A DNA stretch of 64,000 nt from an uncultured virus (IMG/VR IMGVR_UViG_3300033069_000905). Taxonomy: Duplodnaviria; Heunggongvirae; Uroviricota; Caudoviricetes. The notes under the pieces are model-generated. The model ran no database searches and had not been told where the DNA came from. It saw nothing but the letters and a program-made list of their open reading frames with translations. Below, piece after piece: positions 48,467-57,969 of this stretch. Each line of letters begins with the position of its first letter. Positions within the stretch are counted from its first letter, which is position 1. The stretch lies in the IMG/VR virus record IMGVR_UViG_3300033069_000905, positions 62,001-126,000 of that record. The stretch is one strand, 5' to 3'. The translations under genes and the position numbers were made by a program.

Positions 48467-48911
48467 CCACAGCCTTCCATTGAACGTCTTTGGTGGTTTT
48501 TTTAAATACAGCTTTGGTGTAAGGCTTTAATAGTTTTCGTGCTATGCCGATGCTAACATCGTGTGCCGCTATCCGCAGCATCCTGACGCCCCCTTTACCC
48601 GCGTCAAGAATGCGCAAGTCTAGCAAACAATCCCCGTAAGAGGAAGACTTATCTTCCTTGGTACAACTCAGGTAGACGAACAGCCGCCCTTTAAGATGCA
48701 CCAGCACCGCTGCACTCCCTTCTGCGACAAAGGAACCTTCTATTTTAGCGCGTACATGCAAGTCAGCGTCTTCACCCGCAGCACTGCTTAGAGGGAGTTT
48801 AAACAGCCGTCCACCAGTGAGCAAAGTGCTATTATCACGCGAATGCATGTCCACGGTAATCTGAAGAACATCAGCCAGCGAAGTTATTTCATCGTTGAAT
48901 TCTTTTCTCAT
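48375..48911 (-). CDS. Hypothetical protein
   Basis: 178 aa; ATGA coupling to the upstream gene. Confidence 0.5.
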   Translation of the reverse strand: MRKEFNDEITSLADVLQITVDMHSRDNSTLLTGGRLFKLPLSSAAGEDADLHVRAKIEGSFVAEGSAAVLVHLKGRLFVYLSCTKEDKSSSYGDCLLDLRILDAGKGGVRMLRIAAHDVSIGIARKLLKPYTKAVFKKTTKDVQWKAVDGKAYTVVKGNRPQPVKDVAASVEGNGCNV

Positions 48912-49129
48912 GCTAGCTCCGTGGCTACGCCATTGGACACACAGTACTCCCCCACAAAAACACCAAAATAGGTCACCGTAAAGAAGTACTCACGTGAGTA
49001 GGAAATTTCACGCAGCGTCCAAACCAAAGGCTCGCCACTAACCCCGAAGAAAACCCCCCGTGTTTCAAAGCCGTCCCCGATAGCAAGACCGCTGAAATCT
49101 TCCTTGGATATGTCCTTTACAAGCTTCAC
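48908..49129 (-). CDS. Hypothetical protein
   Basis: 73 aa; overlapping start and stop on both sides. Confidence 0.5.
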   Translation of the reverse strand: MKLVKDISKEDFSGLAIGDGFETRGVFFGVSGEPLVWTLREISYSREYFFTVTYFGVFVGEYCVSNGVATELA

Positions 49130-50106
49130 TTGGACACCTTGCTGTAGTCGGGGATGGGGGTAGTAAAGCGGATTCCAGACCCCACAATGAGTGCGCCAAT
49201 AAAATTCTCAGGCGTGCACTGCTTGCAGTCAAAATGACCGCTGTAGTGCCCCGAATTCTTTTTCGAGAGTCCGTACCCAATCAGCTTATTCGCTACAGTA
49301 TCGCTTATAGTGCCCTCAAGACGGATAGAAAGCGTGACGCCATGCTTCACGCGAACAGCCATCTTAACCTTGTCATTTGCAGCCACCAGCCGATAAACCG
49401 ACGAAGGATCAGTCCCTTCCACACGTTGATACAGCACCGTCGCATCGCGGAGTTTAACCACAGGAAGACTGGCGTAGTTATCTTCCAGAGTTACTTCGGG
49501 GATAGTTGTCAGTTTTTCCTTCAGCAACTCACCTAAAGTTTTCGCACCTACACTGTCGGTAGTAATGTTTGTGTTGGGGTCGTAATGAATCTTTTTCGGC
49601 TTGCTGATGAATGAACTGGGGGAATCAGGGACGAGCACACCAAGGTTATCAATGCTACTGGCCGTATTCACAATCTCGGAAATGAACGTAGAAACGAAAT
49701 TAGCAACGGCTAAATCTGCCGGTAGAAAAGATACCCCACCGTCTAGCGTACCCACCTTGATCGTGGCTTTTGGGTTCTTGACGGCATTGCCAACGCCAAG
49801 GGAACCGAACGAAAGTTCAAGTTTGTACTGACCCTTTTCAAGTCGGATGATGTCCGTGCCAACAGACAAGATAACACAAGAAAACTTAAGTATCTGTAAT
49901 TGGTCGTTCGGCACGCCCAAACTCTTAAGAATTGAGTAGTCTGTTCCTTTGTTATACATAATCGCCATTTCGCACTCCGTTGCAGTTAATTTGTTAGAAG
50001 TATAGTCCGTTTTATTCAGTTTGTCAAGCACAGTGCTATCACTGACACCCTTAGAGTCGCCAGTAAACACCGACGACAGCAACCCGAATTTTTTCAGAAC
50101 CCCCAA
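49126..50106 (-). CDS. Hypothetical protein
   Basis: 326-aa ORF in the operon. Confidence 0.6.
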   Translation of the reverse strand: MGVLKKFGLLSSVFTGDSKGVSDSTVLDKLNKTDYTSNKLTATECEMAIMYNKGTDYSILKSLGVPNDQLQILKFSCVILSVGTDIIRLEKGQYKLELSFGSLGVGNAVKNPKATIKVGTLDGGVSFLPADLAVANFVSTFISEIVNTASSIDNLGVLVPDSPSSFISKPKKIHYDPNTNITTDSVGAKTLGELLKEKLTTIPEVTLEDNYASLPVVKLRDATVLYQRVEGTDPSSVYRLVAANDKVKMAVRVKHGVTLSIRLEGTISDTVANKLIGYGLSKKNSGHYSGHFDCKQCTPENFIGALIVGSGIRFTTPIPDYSKVSK

Positions 50107-50936
50107 ACGTTGCCTTTTACCTTGACCGGGGTTACGCTACATGTCTGTACGTACCCATCCGAGCCGTGACCCTTTGTTGACTTTGCAATAACAGAGTGCC
50201 CCTTCTGTAAACCTGACGAAGAAAAGTCTAGCTCCCTGTTCGCATAAAAACCCTTATCCACACCCAACGCGGAGTAATACTTATCTTCGTACTCACCGTA
50301 CCGTGCCGCTATGGGGTAAGTTTTTGACGGGGCAACCTTGTCGATACCAAAGTGCTTGTTGAGCCAATCAATCTGCTTTTGACTCTCTACCGCTTTTTTG
50401 CAGTAGTTTGTTCGCACGTACTCAATGGCGTTTTTGTTGCCCGTCATGTGCATAACCAGAGCAGCCAGCACCGTACCCGTTCTTCCGTGTCCGCCAATGC
50501 ACCCCAAGTGCACCTTCTTCCCTGATTTCAAGGCGTCTTCAAGATAGCCCAGCAGCTTCCTGAATTCAACGATGTTGTCAGGAACACCGCTGTCTACGAT
50601 ATGGAATTCGAAGGCGATACGACCAGACCACGGATAGATTTTGAACTGTTCCATGCTCCGCTCAAAGCCCACGTAAACATCGGCGTCTTTAACCACGGGG
50701 TCTAAACATGACCCACCGTAAATTTTGTAGTCACCTATTGCCAACGCGGGGTGGCTGTGTGCACACTTCGGGAGAGTTGATTTAGTCACGCGCACAGGTG
50801 CTTTCGTTTTGCTGGTGCTGAACGTAGCTTTGGCGTCATTGAAAGGTATGACTTTTCCTTTTGATGAGCCAGTACGACTCGCCAAAGCAAGGTCTTTTGC
50901 TTTCTTCCAAGAATCCCAATCCATCGGCTTGTTCAT
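50094..50936 (-). CDS. PTP/dual-specificity phosphatase-like protein
   Basis: IVDSGVP loop; HLGCIGGHGRTG (CX5R); AVESQKQ. Confidence 0.85.
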   Translation of the reverse strand: MNKPMDWDSWKKAKDLALASRTGSSKGKVIPFNDAKATFSTSKTKAPVRVTKSTLPKCAHSHPALAIGDYKIYGGSCLDPVVKDADVYVGFERSMEQFKIYPWSGRIAFEFHIVDSGVPDNIVEFRKLLGYLEDALKSGKKVHLGCIGGHGRTGTVLAALVMHMTGNKNAIEYVRTNYCKKAVESQKQIDWLNKHFGIDKVAPSKTYPIAARYGEYEDKYYSALGVDKGFYANRELDFSSSGLQKGHSVIAKSTKGHGSDGYVQTCSVTPVKVKGNVWGF

Positions 50937-51916
50937 GCCGCACTCCGTTCAATCACAGAAGCATACGATTTGGGCGTGACATAAATTTGTTTCTTCGCAT
51001 ACGCCTTAGAATACGCCCCGTGTGCTGCTACCTGTTTAGCTTTTTCACTTGGATAATCACCCAAAGCGCCTAGCGCCTCTACCTTGAACCAATCAACATA
51101 AAGCGGGTCTGGGCAAGGCAAACAGGCATCAATAGCCGACAAAGCATCATGCAGAGCGTGCGTACAGTTACCAAGTTCACCGTTAGCTACGTACTCCCTA
51201 ATCTGCCCCGAGCGCTGCACGTCAAGAATCTTCAGCAACTCTTTTGTGTAGTGGTCGTAGAGCATGCCCTTGTTGAACATCGGGCCGTTGTTGTGTGCAA
51301 GCGACCACGACAAGTCATTCATCAATTCCAGAGAAATTTCACCGAAAACGACTTTCCTCAGAACTTCAGCGATTTCAGCCCACGGCTTCCCACCAAAGTT
51401 GTTTGGGTTGCCCCACTTCTTGAACACGTCAACAATCCCCGCCACGTACTCGCCCAAAGACACACCGCTGAGCGTAGACGCGCAGCCATCTTTCATGTAA
51501 TCCGCCGCTGTACTTGACGAGGCGTTACTTTTTAGCCCCTTGATGAACTCAGTGATCTTGTACTGCGGGTCAAGCTTAGCAATACAGTGTGAAGGGGCGT
51601 GCCTAGCTTCGCGTGTAATAATGGTAAGGATGTAGTAGAACAGGCGAGCAGAACTTTCAGACGCTTTTTTCAGATACAACCGAGCCAAGGCGTCCGCTTC
51701 TTCGGACAGATTTTCTTTTTTGTCGAATTGTGAACCCAGACGGCCAAAAGCGTCGTTGAGAAGATAGAAAAGAATCGCTTCTTCTTCAACACCGACTGAC
51801 GTATTCGCCTTGAGGTATTTTGAGAGTTGCTGTGCCGTAGACACCAGTGGAGTCCCACTAACGTCTTGCTGCTTGAATAGCAACGCCTTTTTGTAATGCT
51901 CTAAATTCATAATCAC
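50933..51916 (-). CDS. Hypothetical protein (FGGKPW / LAHNNG motifs)
   Basis: 327 aa; own promoter and GGAG SD. Confidence 0.65.
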   Translation of the reverse strand: MIMNLEHYKKALLFKQQDVSGTPLVSTAQQLSKYLKANTSVGVEEEAILFYLLNDAFGRLGSQFDKKENLSEEADALARLYLKKASESSARLFYYILTIITREARHAPSHCIAKLDPQYKITEFIKGLKSNASSSTAADYMKDGCASTLSGVSLGEYVAGIVDVFKKWGNPNNFGGKPWAEIAEVLRKVVFGEISLELMNDLSWSLAHNNGPMFNKGMLYDHYTKELLKILDVQRSGQIREYVANGELGNCTHALHDALSAIDACLPCPDPLYVDWFKVEALGALGDYPSEKAKQVAAHGAYSKAYAKKQIYVTPKSYASVIERSAA

Positions 51917-51938
51917 TCCGTTGATTCAGTATTGCTTG

Positions 51939-51967
51939 AGGATACTACACTGCCATAAGTTTGTCAA
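51939..51967 (-). promoter_or_regulatory. sigma70-type promoter
   Basis: TTGACA-N17-TATCCT on the minus strand. Confidence 0.65.
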
Positions 51968-52413
51968 TAGAACAATGCAATTACTTTCGCCACTTCCAAC
52001 GTCACCTTGGTTTTTAGGCTAGGGCTATAGTCCGTCACTAGCGCTTGTTGTTCTTTCGTTTCAATGGCGTGGCTCTTGTAGTTGTCTCGCACGTATTGAA
52101 CGGCTTTTTCTTCGCCAAGCAGAGTCATCAGCGCACCAAAGAACAGGCCAGTCCGACCAATACCCCCCATGCACCCGACATACATCGGTTTTTTGCGTGC
52201 GATTGGGATAAGCGCTTGCCTGATCCCGCGATCCAAATCTTCTTTATCCGGCACAGAAAAATCTTCTGTGGGGATGTCGATATTGCAAGGATGATTAATC
52301 TCTTTTGCCATCTTCACGCCGAAAAAACCATCAGGCTTGACACGGTAAGGGCCACCCACAATCCTGCGGGGTGATCCACCAAAAGAGAAATCAAAATTTT
52401 GTACAGCAGACAT
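51964..52413 (-). CDS. PTP/dual-specificity phosphatase-like protein
   Basis: PTEDFSVP; VGCMGGIGRTG (CX5R); AIETKEQ. Confidence 0.85.
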   Translation of the reverse strand: MSAVQNFDFSFGGSPRRIVGGPYRVKPDGFFGVKMAKEINHPCNIDIPTEDFSVPDKEDLDRGIRQALIPIARKKPMYVGCMGGIGRTGLFFGALMTLLGEEKAVQYVRDNYKSHAIETKEQQALVTDYSPSLKTKVTLEVAKVIALFY

Positions 52414-52887
52414 TTATCGCCCTTTCGTCTTGCACTCTTGGCAAGGTATAGTGTTTCGTATTTCATTTGTCCCGTGGCACTTACGACAGTTCTTGTCTTT
52501 ACCACAACAGTCACAATCGTCTATCACGAGAATCCGTTTTGTGTCATTGCAGAATGCACAACGCACATATTGTTTATGAGTATATACCTGTGGTTCTGGT
52601 TTGTCAAGCACTTCAACGTGCGGCTTGTGCCTAACTACACCCCGCAAGTACCCACGACCTTCTGTACGCACGTCTGTACGCCCATCAATCCGTTTTCTTC
52701 GCGGTGTGTGCGGAGTAACAACCGTTGGTGTGGTGGGTGCGGCCTCAACCGGCGAAGGCTTACTGGTACTGTAGCGTACTGTCAACTCGTTTGTCTCGAT
52801 TGTTGTCGCGTAGGATGACGACAGAACGTGGGGCGCTGATAAGTATGTGGGCTTGTGTTCTGGTCTTCTCGTGGTCAGGAAGCCCAA
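52414..52887 (-). CDS. Cys-rich Zn-finger protein (start uncertain)
   Basis: CAFC..CDCC..CRKCHG..CQEC at the C-terminus. Confidence 0.5.
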   Translation of the reverse strand: MGFLTTRRPEHKPTYLSAPHVLSSSYATTIETNELTVRYSTSKPSPVEAAPTTPTVVTPHTPRRKRIDGRTDVRTEGRGYLRGVVRHKPHVEVLDKPEPQVYTHKQYVRCAFCNDTKRILVIDDCDCCGKDKNCRKCHGTNEIRNTIPCQECKTKGR

Positions 52888-53068
52888 CGCCTACATAAAC
52901 ATCGGGGATGACCTCAATGTAATCCACCGCATCAAGCACGAACTCAGTGCCCCTCACAGACACCACCATCTCATCTTTACGAGGGGATATATACACGACA
53001 GTCAACGGAGTGTCCCCAAGGTAAATCACCCTACCCTCAGACACCCCCAAAGATAATCCTTTACCCAT
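52760..53068 (-). CDS. CsrA/RsmA-like protein with a central insertion
   Basis: LSLGVSEGRVIYLGD and AHILISAPRSVVILRD resemble CsrA LILTRRVGETLMIGD and VRIGVNAPKEVSVHRE. Confidence 0.5.
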   Translation of the reverse strand: MGKGLSLGVSEGRVIYLGDTPLTVVYISPRKDEMVVSVRGTEFVLDAVDYIEVIPDVYVGVGLPDHEKTRTQAHILISAPRSVVILRDNNRDKRVDSTLQYQ

Positions 53069-53069
53069 A

Positions 53070-53552
53070 TTAACGCCCCATCAATCGTTTAGCTGTGTCC
53101 GTGGTGATCCAAGTGCTGCCGCCGACGATGCCGCGCTTGTAGTCGGTTATTTCAACAAGACCCTTGTATCTGAGAATAGTAAGTTGTGATGCCACATCCG
53201 AACTGGTCTGTGCAACTTCCGCGCTTTGGTTAACCAGTTCAGTAACATGCTTGGTGCTTGCGGGTTCAATGGCAAATAACGCGCCCAAGGCACACAAAAG
53301 TTTTGTTCCGCGTCTTGGTAGAGTGACTTCTTCTTCGATGTCAATATGGTCAGTCTGACTACCATCCGCATACTTCGATTGAACCAGTTTTAGAAAACCA
53401 CAAAAGCATTTTAGAAAAACGCCCGTGTGGTCTTCGATATACCGCGCAGAAACGCTACAGCACTTAGGACACTCCATGTCAATCCCCCCGCAGAACTCCA
53501 CGGGGTTAAATTGTACGAAGTTATTTGAATTGTAAATAGTCATGTTAATCAA
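53070..53552 (-). CDS. Zn-ribbon plus winged-helix DNA-binding protein
   Basis: CPKC...CFCG; ASTKHVTEL...SDVASQLTILRYKGLVE...W. Confidence 0.65.
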   Translation of the reverse strand: MINMTIYNSNNFVQFNPVEFCGGIDMECPKCCSVSARYIEDHTGVFLKCFCGFLKLVQSKYADGSQTDHIDIEEEVTLPRRGTKLLCALGALFAIEPASTKHVTELVNQSAEVAQTSSDVASQLTILRYKGLVEITDYKRGIVGGSTWITTDTAKRLMGR

Positions 53553-55663
53553 GCACTCAGAAGGGACTTCAAAACAACGTCTTCAGAAGCAACCAACTTC
53601 TGATAAGAAACAACTGAAGGAACGCTATCCCCTGCAATCACTAGCTCCGTGAGGGGTTCGCCAGAAAAGCCTTTCAATTCAAGCACTTTACCCACGGCAT
53701 CCTTTTTATTCGCCAAACCGTCGCCAAACTTCACGGTTCCTTTGGCGAAAAGCAAATCTTCGACAGAATTGACTTCTTCGATCAAAGAAAAACCAACATC
53801 CGTCAGCTTGCTTTTTAGCTTGTGGGTTACGCTAAAAAAGCCAAGATCAATCGCCACAGGCTTCGTCGGCTTAGCTTCAGCCAGACTGTCCAGCTTGCTT
53901 CTTGACACCTTTTTGTAGTCGAACAGTTCAAACAACTCAAACAGCGGCTTGTCATATTCAACAACCGATTCGACTGACGTAGCGATAGAAATGATCCCTT
54001 CAAAGTCGTTAGCAACATGCTTCAGATGGTCGGGGTTCTTATCAAACTCACGTGTGTCAAGATAGCCGTAAGTACCCGATGTAACCAGCGGCACGAAAGA
54101 AACTTCACCGTGTACCCACGCAGATAACGTACTCAGTTCGGTATTGCTATCAGCCGCAATTATCGGAACATCGCTACCAACCCAAATGTTGCCCGTATCA
54201 CCCTCAATCGTGATCTTGGTTTCACCTTCCGCGATGTAAGCACCGTTCAACGCCCAATAGTCGCCCCCCGAAACAGTCTTTCCCTGAGTCAAGTCAAGGC
54301 AACCGACCACGCAAACCTTGTCCATCCCGCGAGCCACCACCGCAGCGTGTGAGGATGATCCCCCTGTTTGGGTAAGAATCCCCACAGCCGCATTCATCCC
54401 TGCGATGTCATCAGGAGTGGTTTCCTTGGACAGCAGAATAACACTTTTTGTCTTCGCCAGTTCAACAGCTTTTTCCGATGAGAACACCGCCACGCCCGTA
54501 GCAAAACCCGTTGACGCAGCCAGTCCTTTACCCGTAGGGGCAATAGAAAACGAAGGATCAATCACAGGGCGACTTGCCATGAGGTATTGATCATACGAAA
54601 TACGCGAGAATGCCGTCTTACGATCAATCACGCCCTCAAACACCAAGTCAACCGCCACCTTAACCGCAGCTTTTGCCGTGCGCTTGGCATTACGAGTTTG
54701 CAGGATAAACAGTTCACCGTCTTGAATAGTGAATTCAATATCTTGCATGTCGGCAAACGACTTTTCAAGCTTGTCAGCCGTTAGAATCAACTGTGCGAAG
54801 CTGTCAGTATTCCATTCAAGCATCGACTCTATCGGCAAAGGTGTACGCACACCAGAAACCACGTCTTCGCCCTGAGCGTTAACAAGGTACTCACCAACCG
54901 CCTTATTTTCGCCTGTAGCGGGGTTACGAGAAAAGAGAACACCCGTAGCTGACTTGTCGTTCATGTTACCGAAAACCATTGCCTGAATAATACAAGCAGT
55001 CCCCAAGTCATGCGGAATCTTGTTCAGGTTACGATAGGTAATCGCACGGTCGGTATTCCACGAACCGTAAACCGCCTTGATTGCCCGACGCAATTGCATT
55101 TTGAACGTCTGTGGGAAGTCTGGCGTGATGCCAAGGAAAAGTTCGCAGATTACTTTAAGGGATTGAACCGACAGTTCGGCGTCCGTAGAAACTTTCTCTA
55201 CTTCTTTAACGTCATCCAGAATCGCTTCGTACTTGCTGGAAGAAATATTGAACACCACCGAACCGAACATCTGAATCAGACGACGATACGAGTCCCAAGC
55301 CGCACGTTCACCGATGCGCTTTTCCCACGCTTTAATCGTGGTTGAAGTCAGGCCAACGTTTAGGATTGTTTCGCACATGCCGGGGCAGCTAACCTTAGCG
55401 CCCGAACGAACAGAGAAAAGTGGCAGATAGCCAAACTTCTTTTCGATTTCATCAATGTAAGTATAGGCTTGCAGGGCAAGTGCCGCAGTGGACTCCGTAC
55501 CCGCGTTGATACCCGCACAAAGCGTAGTGGGGAGAATGATTGCCGGGGGGACATTGATCCCCAGACCAGCCATTTTCAAAAGGTTAAGCCCTTTACCCCC
55601 AAGAACGTCGATAGACGCTTCCGAAGGGGAACCAAAACCTACAGGGTAAAATTCAGCACTCAT
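53549..55663 (-). CDS. PPDK-like phosphotransferase (ATP-grasp and phospho-His domains; pyruvate-binding domain replaced)
   Basis: LGGKG..L, LFSVRSGA, QAMVFGN, GVLFSRNPATGE, NAQGEDVVSG, DIEFTI, LQTR, GGSSSHAAVVARG; C-terminal ~190 aa lack PPDK barrel motifs. Confidence 0.85.
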   Translation of the reverse strand: MSAEFYPVGFGSPSEASIDVLGGKGLNLLKMAGLGINVPPAIILPTTLCAGINAGTESTAALALQAYTYIDEIEKKFGYLPLFSVRSGAKVSCPGMCETILNVGLTSTTIKAWEKRIGERAAWDSYRRLIQMFGSVVFNISSSKYEAILDDVKEVEKVSTDAELSVQSLKVICELFLGITPDFPQTFKMQLRRAIKAVYGSWNTDRAITYRNLNKIPHDLGTACIIQAMVFGNMNDKSATGVLFSRNPATGENKAVGEYLVNAQGEDVVSGVRTPLPIESMLEWNTDSFAQLILTADKLEKSFADMQDIEFTIQDGELFILQTRNAKRTAKAAVKVAVDLVFEGVIDRKTAFSRISYDQYLMASRPVIDPSFSIAPTGKGLAASTGFATGVAVFSSEKAVELAKTKSVILLSKETTPDDIAGMNAAVGILTQTGGSSSHAAVVARGMDKVCVVGCLDLTQGKTVSGGDYWALNGAYIAEGETKITIEGDTGNIWVGSDVPIIAADSNTELSTLSAWVHGEVSFVPLVTSGTYGYLDTREFDKNPDHLKHVANDFEGIISIATSVESVVEYDKPLFELFELFDYKKVSRSKLDSLAEAKPTKPVAIDLGFFSVTHKLKSKLTDVGFSLIEEVNSVEDLLFAKGTVKFGDGLANKKDAVGKVLELKGFSGEPLTELVIAGDSVPSVVSYQKLVASEDVVLKSLLSA

Positions 55664-55704
55664 AAACACTCCGTTGTTTTGTTGCAAGTAATTTCAATAG
55701 CCCA

Positions 55705-55733
55705 AGTATAGCGCCCTGTTCTTGTTTTGTCAA
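55705..55733 (-). promoter_or_regulatory. sigma70-type promoter with a palindromic site just downstream
   Basis: TTGACA-N17-TATACT; palindrome at 55683-55696. Confidence 0.8.
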
Positions 55734-55912
55734 GCTATATCAAGTGCATCGTGCACAGCTATCAGGAACCCCACAGAATCCACATCGGGGATCACGCCGT
55801 TTAGCAGTTCATCGCGTGTGCCCTCTAGCTCTTGGCGATCTATTTCTTCAAGGGGAGACTCCAATACAGACATCACCTTGCCTAGCAAGGATTCTACCTC
55901 ACCTGCTTCCAT
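55730..55912 (-). CDS. Hypothetical acidic protein
   Basis: 60 aa. Confidence 0.45.
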   Translation of the reverse strand: MEAGEVESLLGKVMSVLESPLEEIDRQELEGTRDELLNGVIPDVDSVGFLIAVHDALDIA

Positions 55913-56453
55913 ATCTATCCTGTGTATGCCTGAAAAATTCAGCTAAGTATATGCCCATGCGTTGTTTTGTTCCACTGTTGTCATAGGTCGCGTCAACTTC
56001 AAACTCTTGTGTTTCGCTGGCATGGGATGATCCGGGAACGTCTTCTTCCTGCGGTCGGGTGACCCGTAGCAGTACACCATTGTTGTTACGTATCCAATTC
56101 GCTTCGTCGGGGAAACGCACGTCATCAAACACCACCGTCATGTGTTCTCTGACCTTCCCTACGGCAAGTTTTGCTCTACGTACCCAGAAATCTTGTCCGA
56201 AGTTTTGACGCATACATTCGGTTCCTAGCTTCTGTAGCATTTCCCGCCTTGTAATCCCCCAATAGGGATCAACTGCGCTTTTTCCTTGCGAGAAGTCTTC
56301 TGGCTTCAATCCAAAGAGGGAACACGCAGCCTCTTTCAACGGTGTGGCAAAGGATAGCTTGCACACGAAAAACTGGCGAACCAGTTCATCAGCCGCAGTC
56401 GTCTTTCCCGCCCCCATTGCCCCCGCAATACCAATAATTATCCGCTTTGCCAT
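55899..56453 (-). CDS. Deoxynucleoside monophosphate kinase
   Basis: IGIAGAMGAGKTT, SFATPLKE, RREMLQKLGTECMR, DDVRFPDE, HASE. Confidence 0.9.
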   Translation of the reverse strand: MAKRIIIGIAGAMGAGKTTAADELVRQFFVCKLSFATPLKEAACSLFGLKPEDFSQGKSAVDPYWGITRREMLQKLGTECMRQNFGQDFWVRRAKLAVGKVREHMTVVFDDVRFPDEANWIRNNNGVLLRVTRPQEEDVPGSSHASETQEFEVDATYDNSGTKQRMGIYLAEFFRHTQDRYGSR

Positions 56454-56489
56454 ACTAGAAACCCCTCAGTGCACAATATTAGAAGCTTA

Positions 56490-56690
56490 CTACGAAGAGA
56501 CACTACATTTGTTAGTTGCTTGGCACGCGGGACAAGCCAATAGCTCTTTTCCGTCTTTTTTAAGATACTCCCACTCCACCCCTCTCGGCGGGAGTACAAC
56601 AGGGTCGCTGTACGGGGATGTTTCTTCGCTCGTGGACTCAACAAAGCCGCATACTTCGCACACCCATACATTTGTTTGATACACCGACAT
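56490..56690 (-). CDS. Small Zn-binding protein
   Basis: CEVCG...CPAC. Confidence 0.5.
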   Translation of the reverse strand: MSVYQTNVWVCEVCGFVESTSEETSPYSDPVVLPPRGVEWEYLKKDGKELLACPACQATNKCSVSS

Positions 56691-56693
56691 GCT

Positions 56694-57176
56694 TTATTTC
56701 CTAGCGCTAGTGTAGGCTTTTGCCGATTCTTTCATCCTGTCAAAAGATTCCCCATCACGGCACACCACAAAACTGGAATACCGCTGTACGGCTTTCGTCA
56801 TGCGAATGTTGCCTATGCCAATGTAAGTAGAATCAGACAGGATGATCAGCGAACTGGGTTGGGCTTCACCCAACTTGTGCGACTCTACACCATGCAGGAC
56901 TGTGTTGGAGTACACCTTCACGCGCTTTCCGAAAGCCGCCTTGTCTTCTAATAATTTGATGAAGGCTGGTTCTTCCACCACGGACGAAATAACTTCAATA
57001 CGAATGCGTGTAGACGCCACTAACTGATACACCGCACGCAGAGCATCCTGCCCTGTATAAACACGACACTCATCACCCTCGAACAAAGGCGTGTTGTTTT
57101 GCAAATCCAATGTGATTGGGTCTGCCTTAACCAGACTACTGAAGATCAGCAGCAATAGAAGCCATGTACGCATCAT
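56694..57176 (-). CDS. Signal-peptide-bearing protein, degenerate PLD-like fold
   Basis: N-terminal signal-like sequence; LIILSDSTYIGIGN resembles the PLD region but has no HxK. Confidence 0.4.
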   Translation of the reverse strand: MMRTWLLLLLIFSSLVKADPITLDLQNNTPLFEGDECRVYTGQDALRAVYQLVASTRIRIEVISSVVEEPAFIKLLEDKAAFGKRVKVYSNTVLHGVESHKLGEAQPSSLIILSDSTYIGIGNIRMTKAVQRYSSFVVCRDGESFDRMKESAKAYTSARK

Positions 57177-57357
57177 ACCCCTCGTCTTTCTTAATTATGT
57201 TAGCCACAGTGCCTTCGCTCACACGGCACACCCTAGCAATCTCAGCTTGCTTCATTTCCGAACCGTAGTACCAACGATTGACGAAAAAGCACAGTTCTTC
57301 GCGTGTTCCATATCGCCCCGTTGTTTTTATCATAGCCCCACAAACCTCATGTTGCAC
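57136..57357 (-). CDS. Small helix-turn-helix protein
   Basis: MKQAEIARVCRVSEGTVANII. Confidence 0.65.
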   Translation of the reverse strand: MQHEVCGAMIKTTGRYGTREELCFFVNRWYYGSEMKQAEIARVCRVSEGTVANIIKKDEGYDAYMASIAADLQ

Positions 57358-57686
57358 AGGGAACTACAAAAAGCGTAGTTGCTGTCAAAGCGTGCTTCAG
57401 CTTCTTTCATTTTCTTACCGCACTCAGCGCACTTGACAACACCATCAAAAGGAACGTACTCACCCAAGCCCTTTGATGGAAACTGGTTTTTGGTGGGATC
57501 ATAAATCTCACCGTTCGGCCTAACCGTCCACCAGTGCGGTTCGTTTGTATTCCAGATGGGGCAGAAGTAGTGCCCACGAACCAAAGTCAAAGAAGGATCA
57601 GCCACACACGCAGCATCGCAAAGCTGTTTGCACTTCCCACGATACTTAATGTAGTCCGATGCGGTTATTTCTGTATGTATTGACAT
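57330..57686 (-). CDS. Hypothetical Cys/His-rich protein
   Basis: HWW...IYDPT; CAECG...FCS..C. Confidence 0.6.
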   Translation of the reverse strand: MSIHTEITASDYIKYRGKCKQLCDAACVADPSLTLVRGHYFCPIWNTNEPHWWTVRPNGEIYDPTKNQFPSKGLGEYVPFDGVVKCAECGKKMKEAEARFDSNYAFCSSLCNMRFVGL

Positions 57687-57940
57687 AGTGATTACCCACG
57701 AGAGTAGGCTACGGCTGGCAGCGCTTCGTGAGTCCACGTACCCCAAAACAAATCCCCGCGCAGTATAAAATCAGGGGCGTCAAGATTATCACCACAAGCC
57801 ACCGATGCGTAGTGGAAACCACGAAACACGGGGTTAAATTTTGCAGGGCTGGTTGGGTACGCCGTTGTTGTGTACGGTGTCATATTTATACCTATGTATA
57901 GTCGAATATAGTTACAACTTAGTATAACTGTGTATAGGCT

Positions 57941-57969
57941 ATTATCACACGATACGCACAGTTTGTCAA
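57941..57969 (-). promoter_or_regulatory. sigma70-type promoter
   Basis: TTGACA-N17-GATAAT on the minus strand. Confidence 0.7.
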
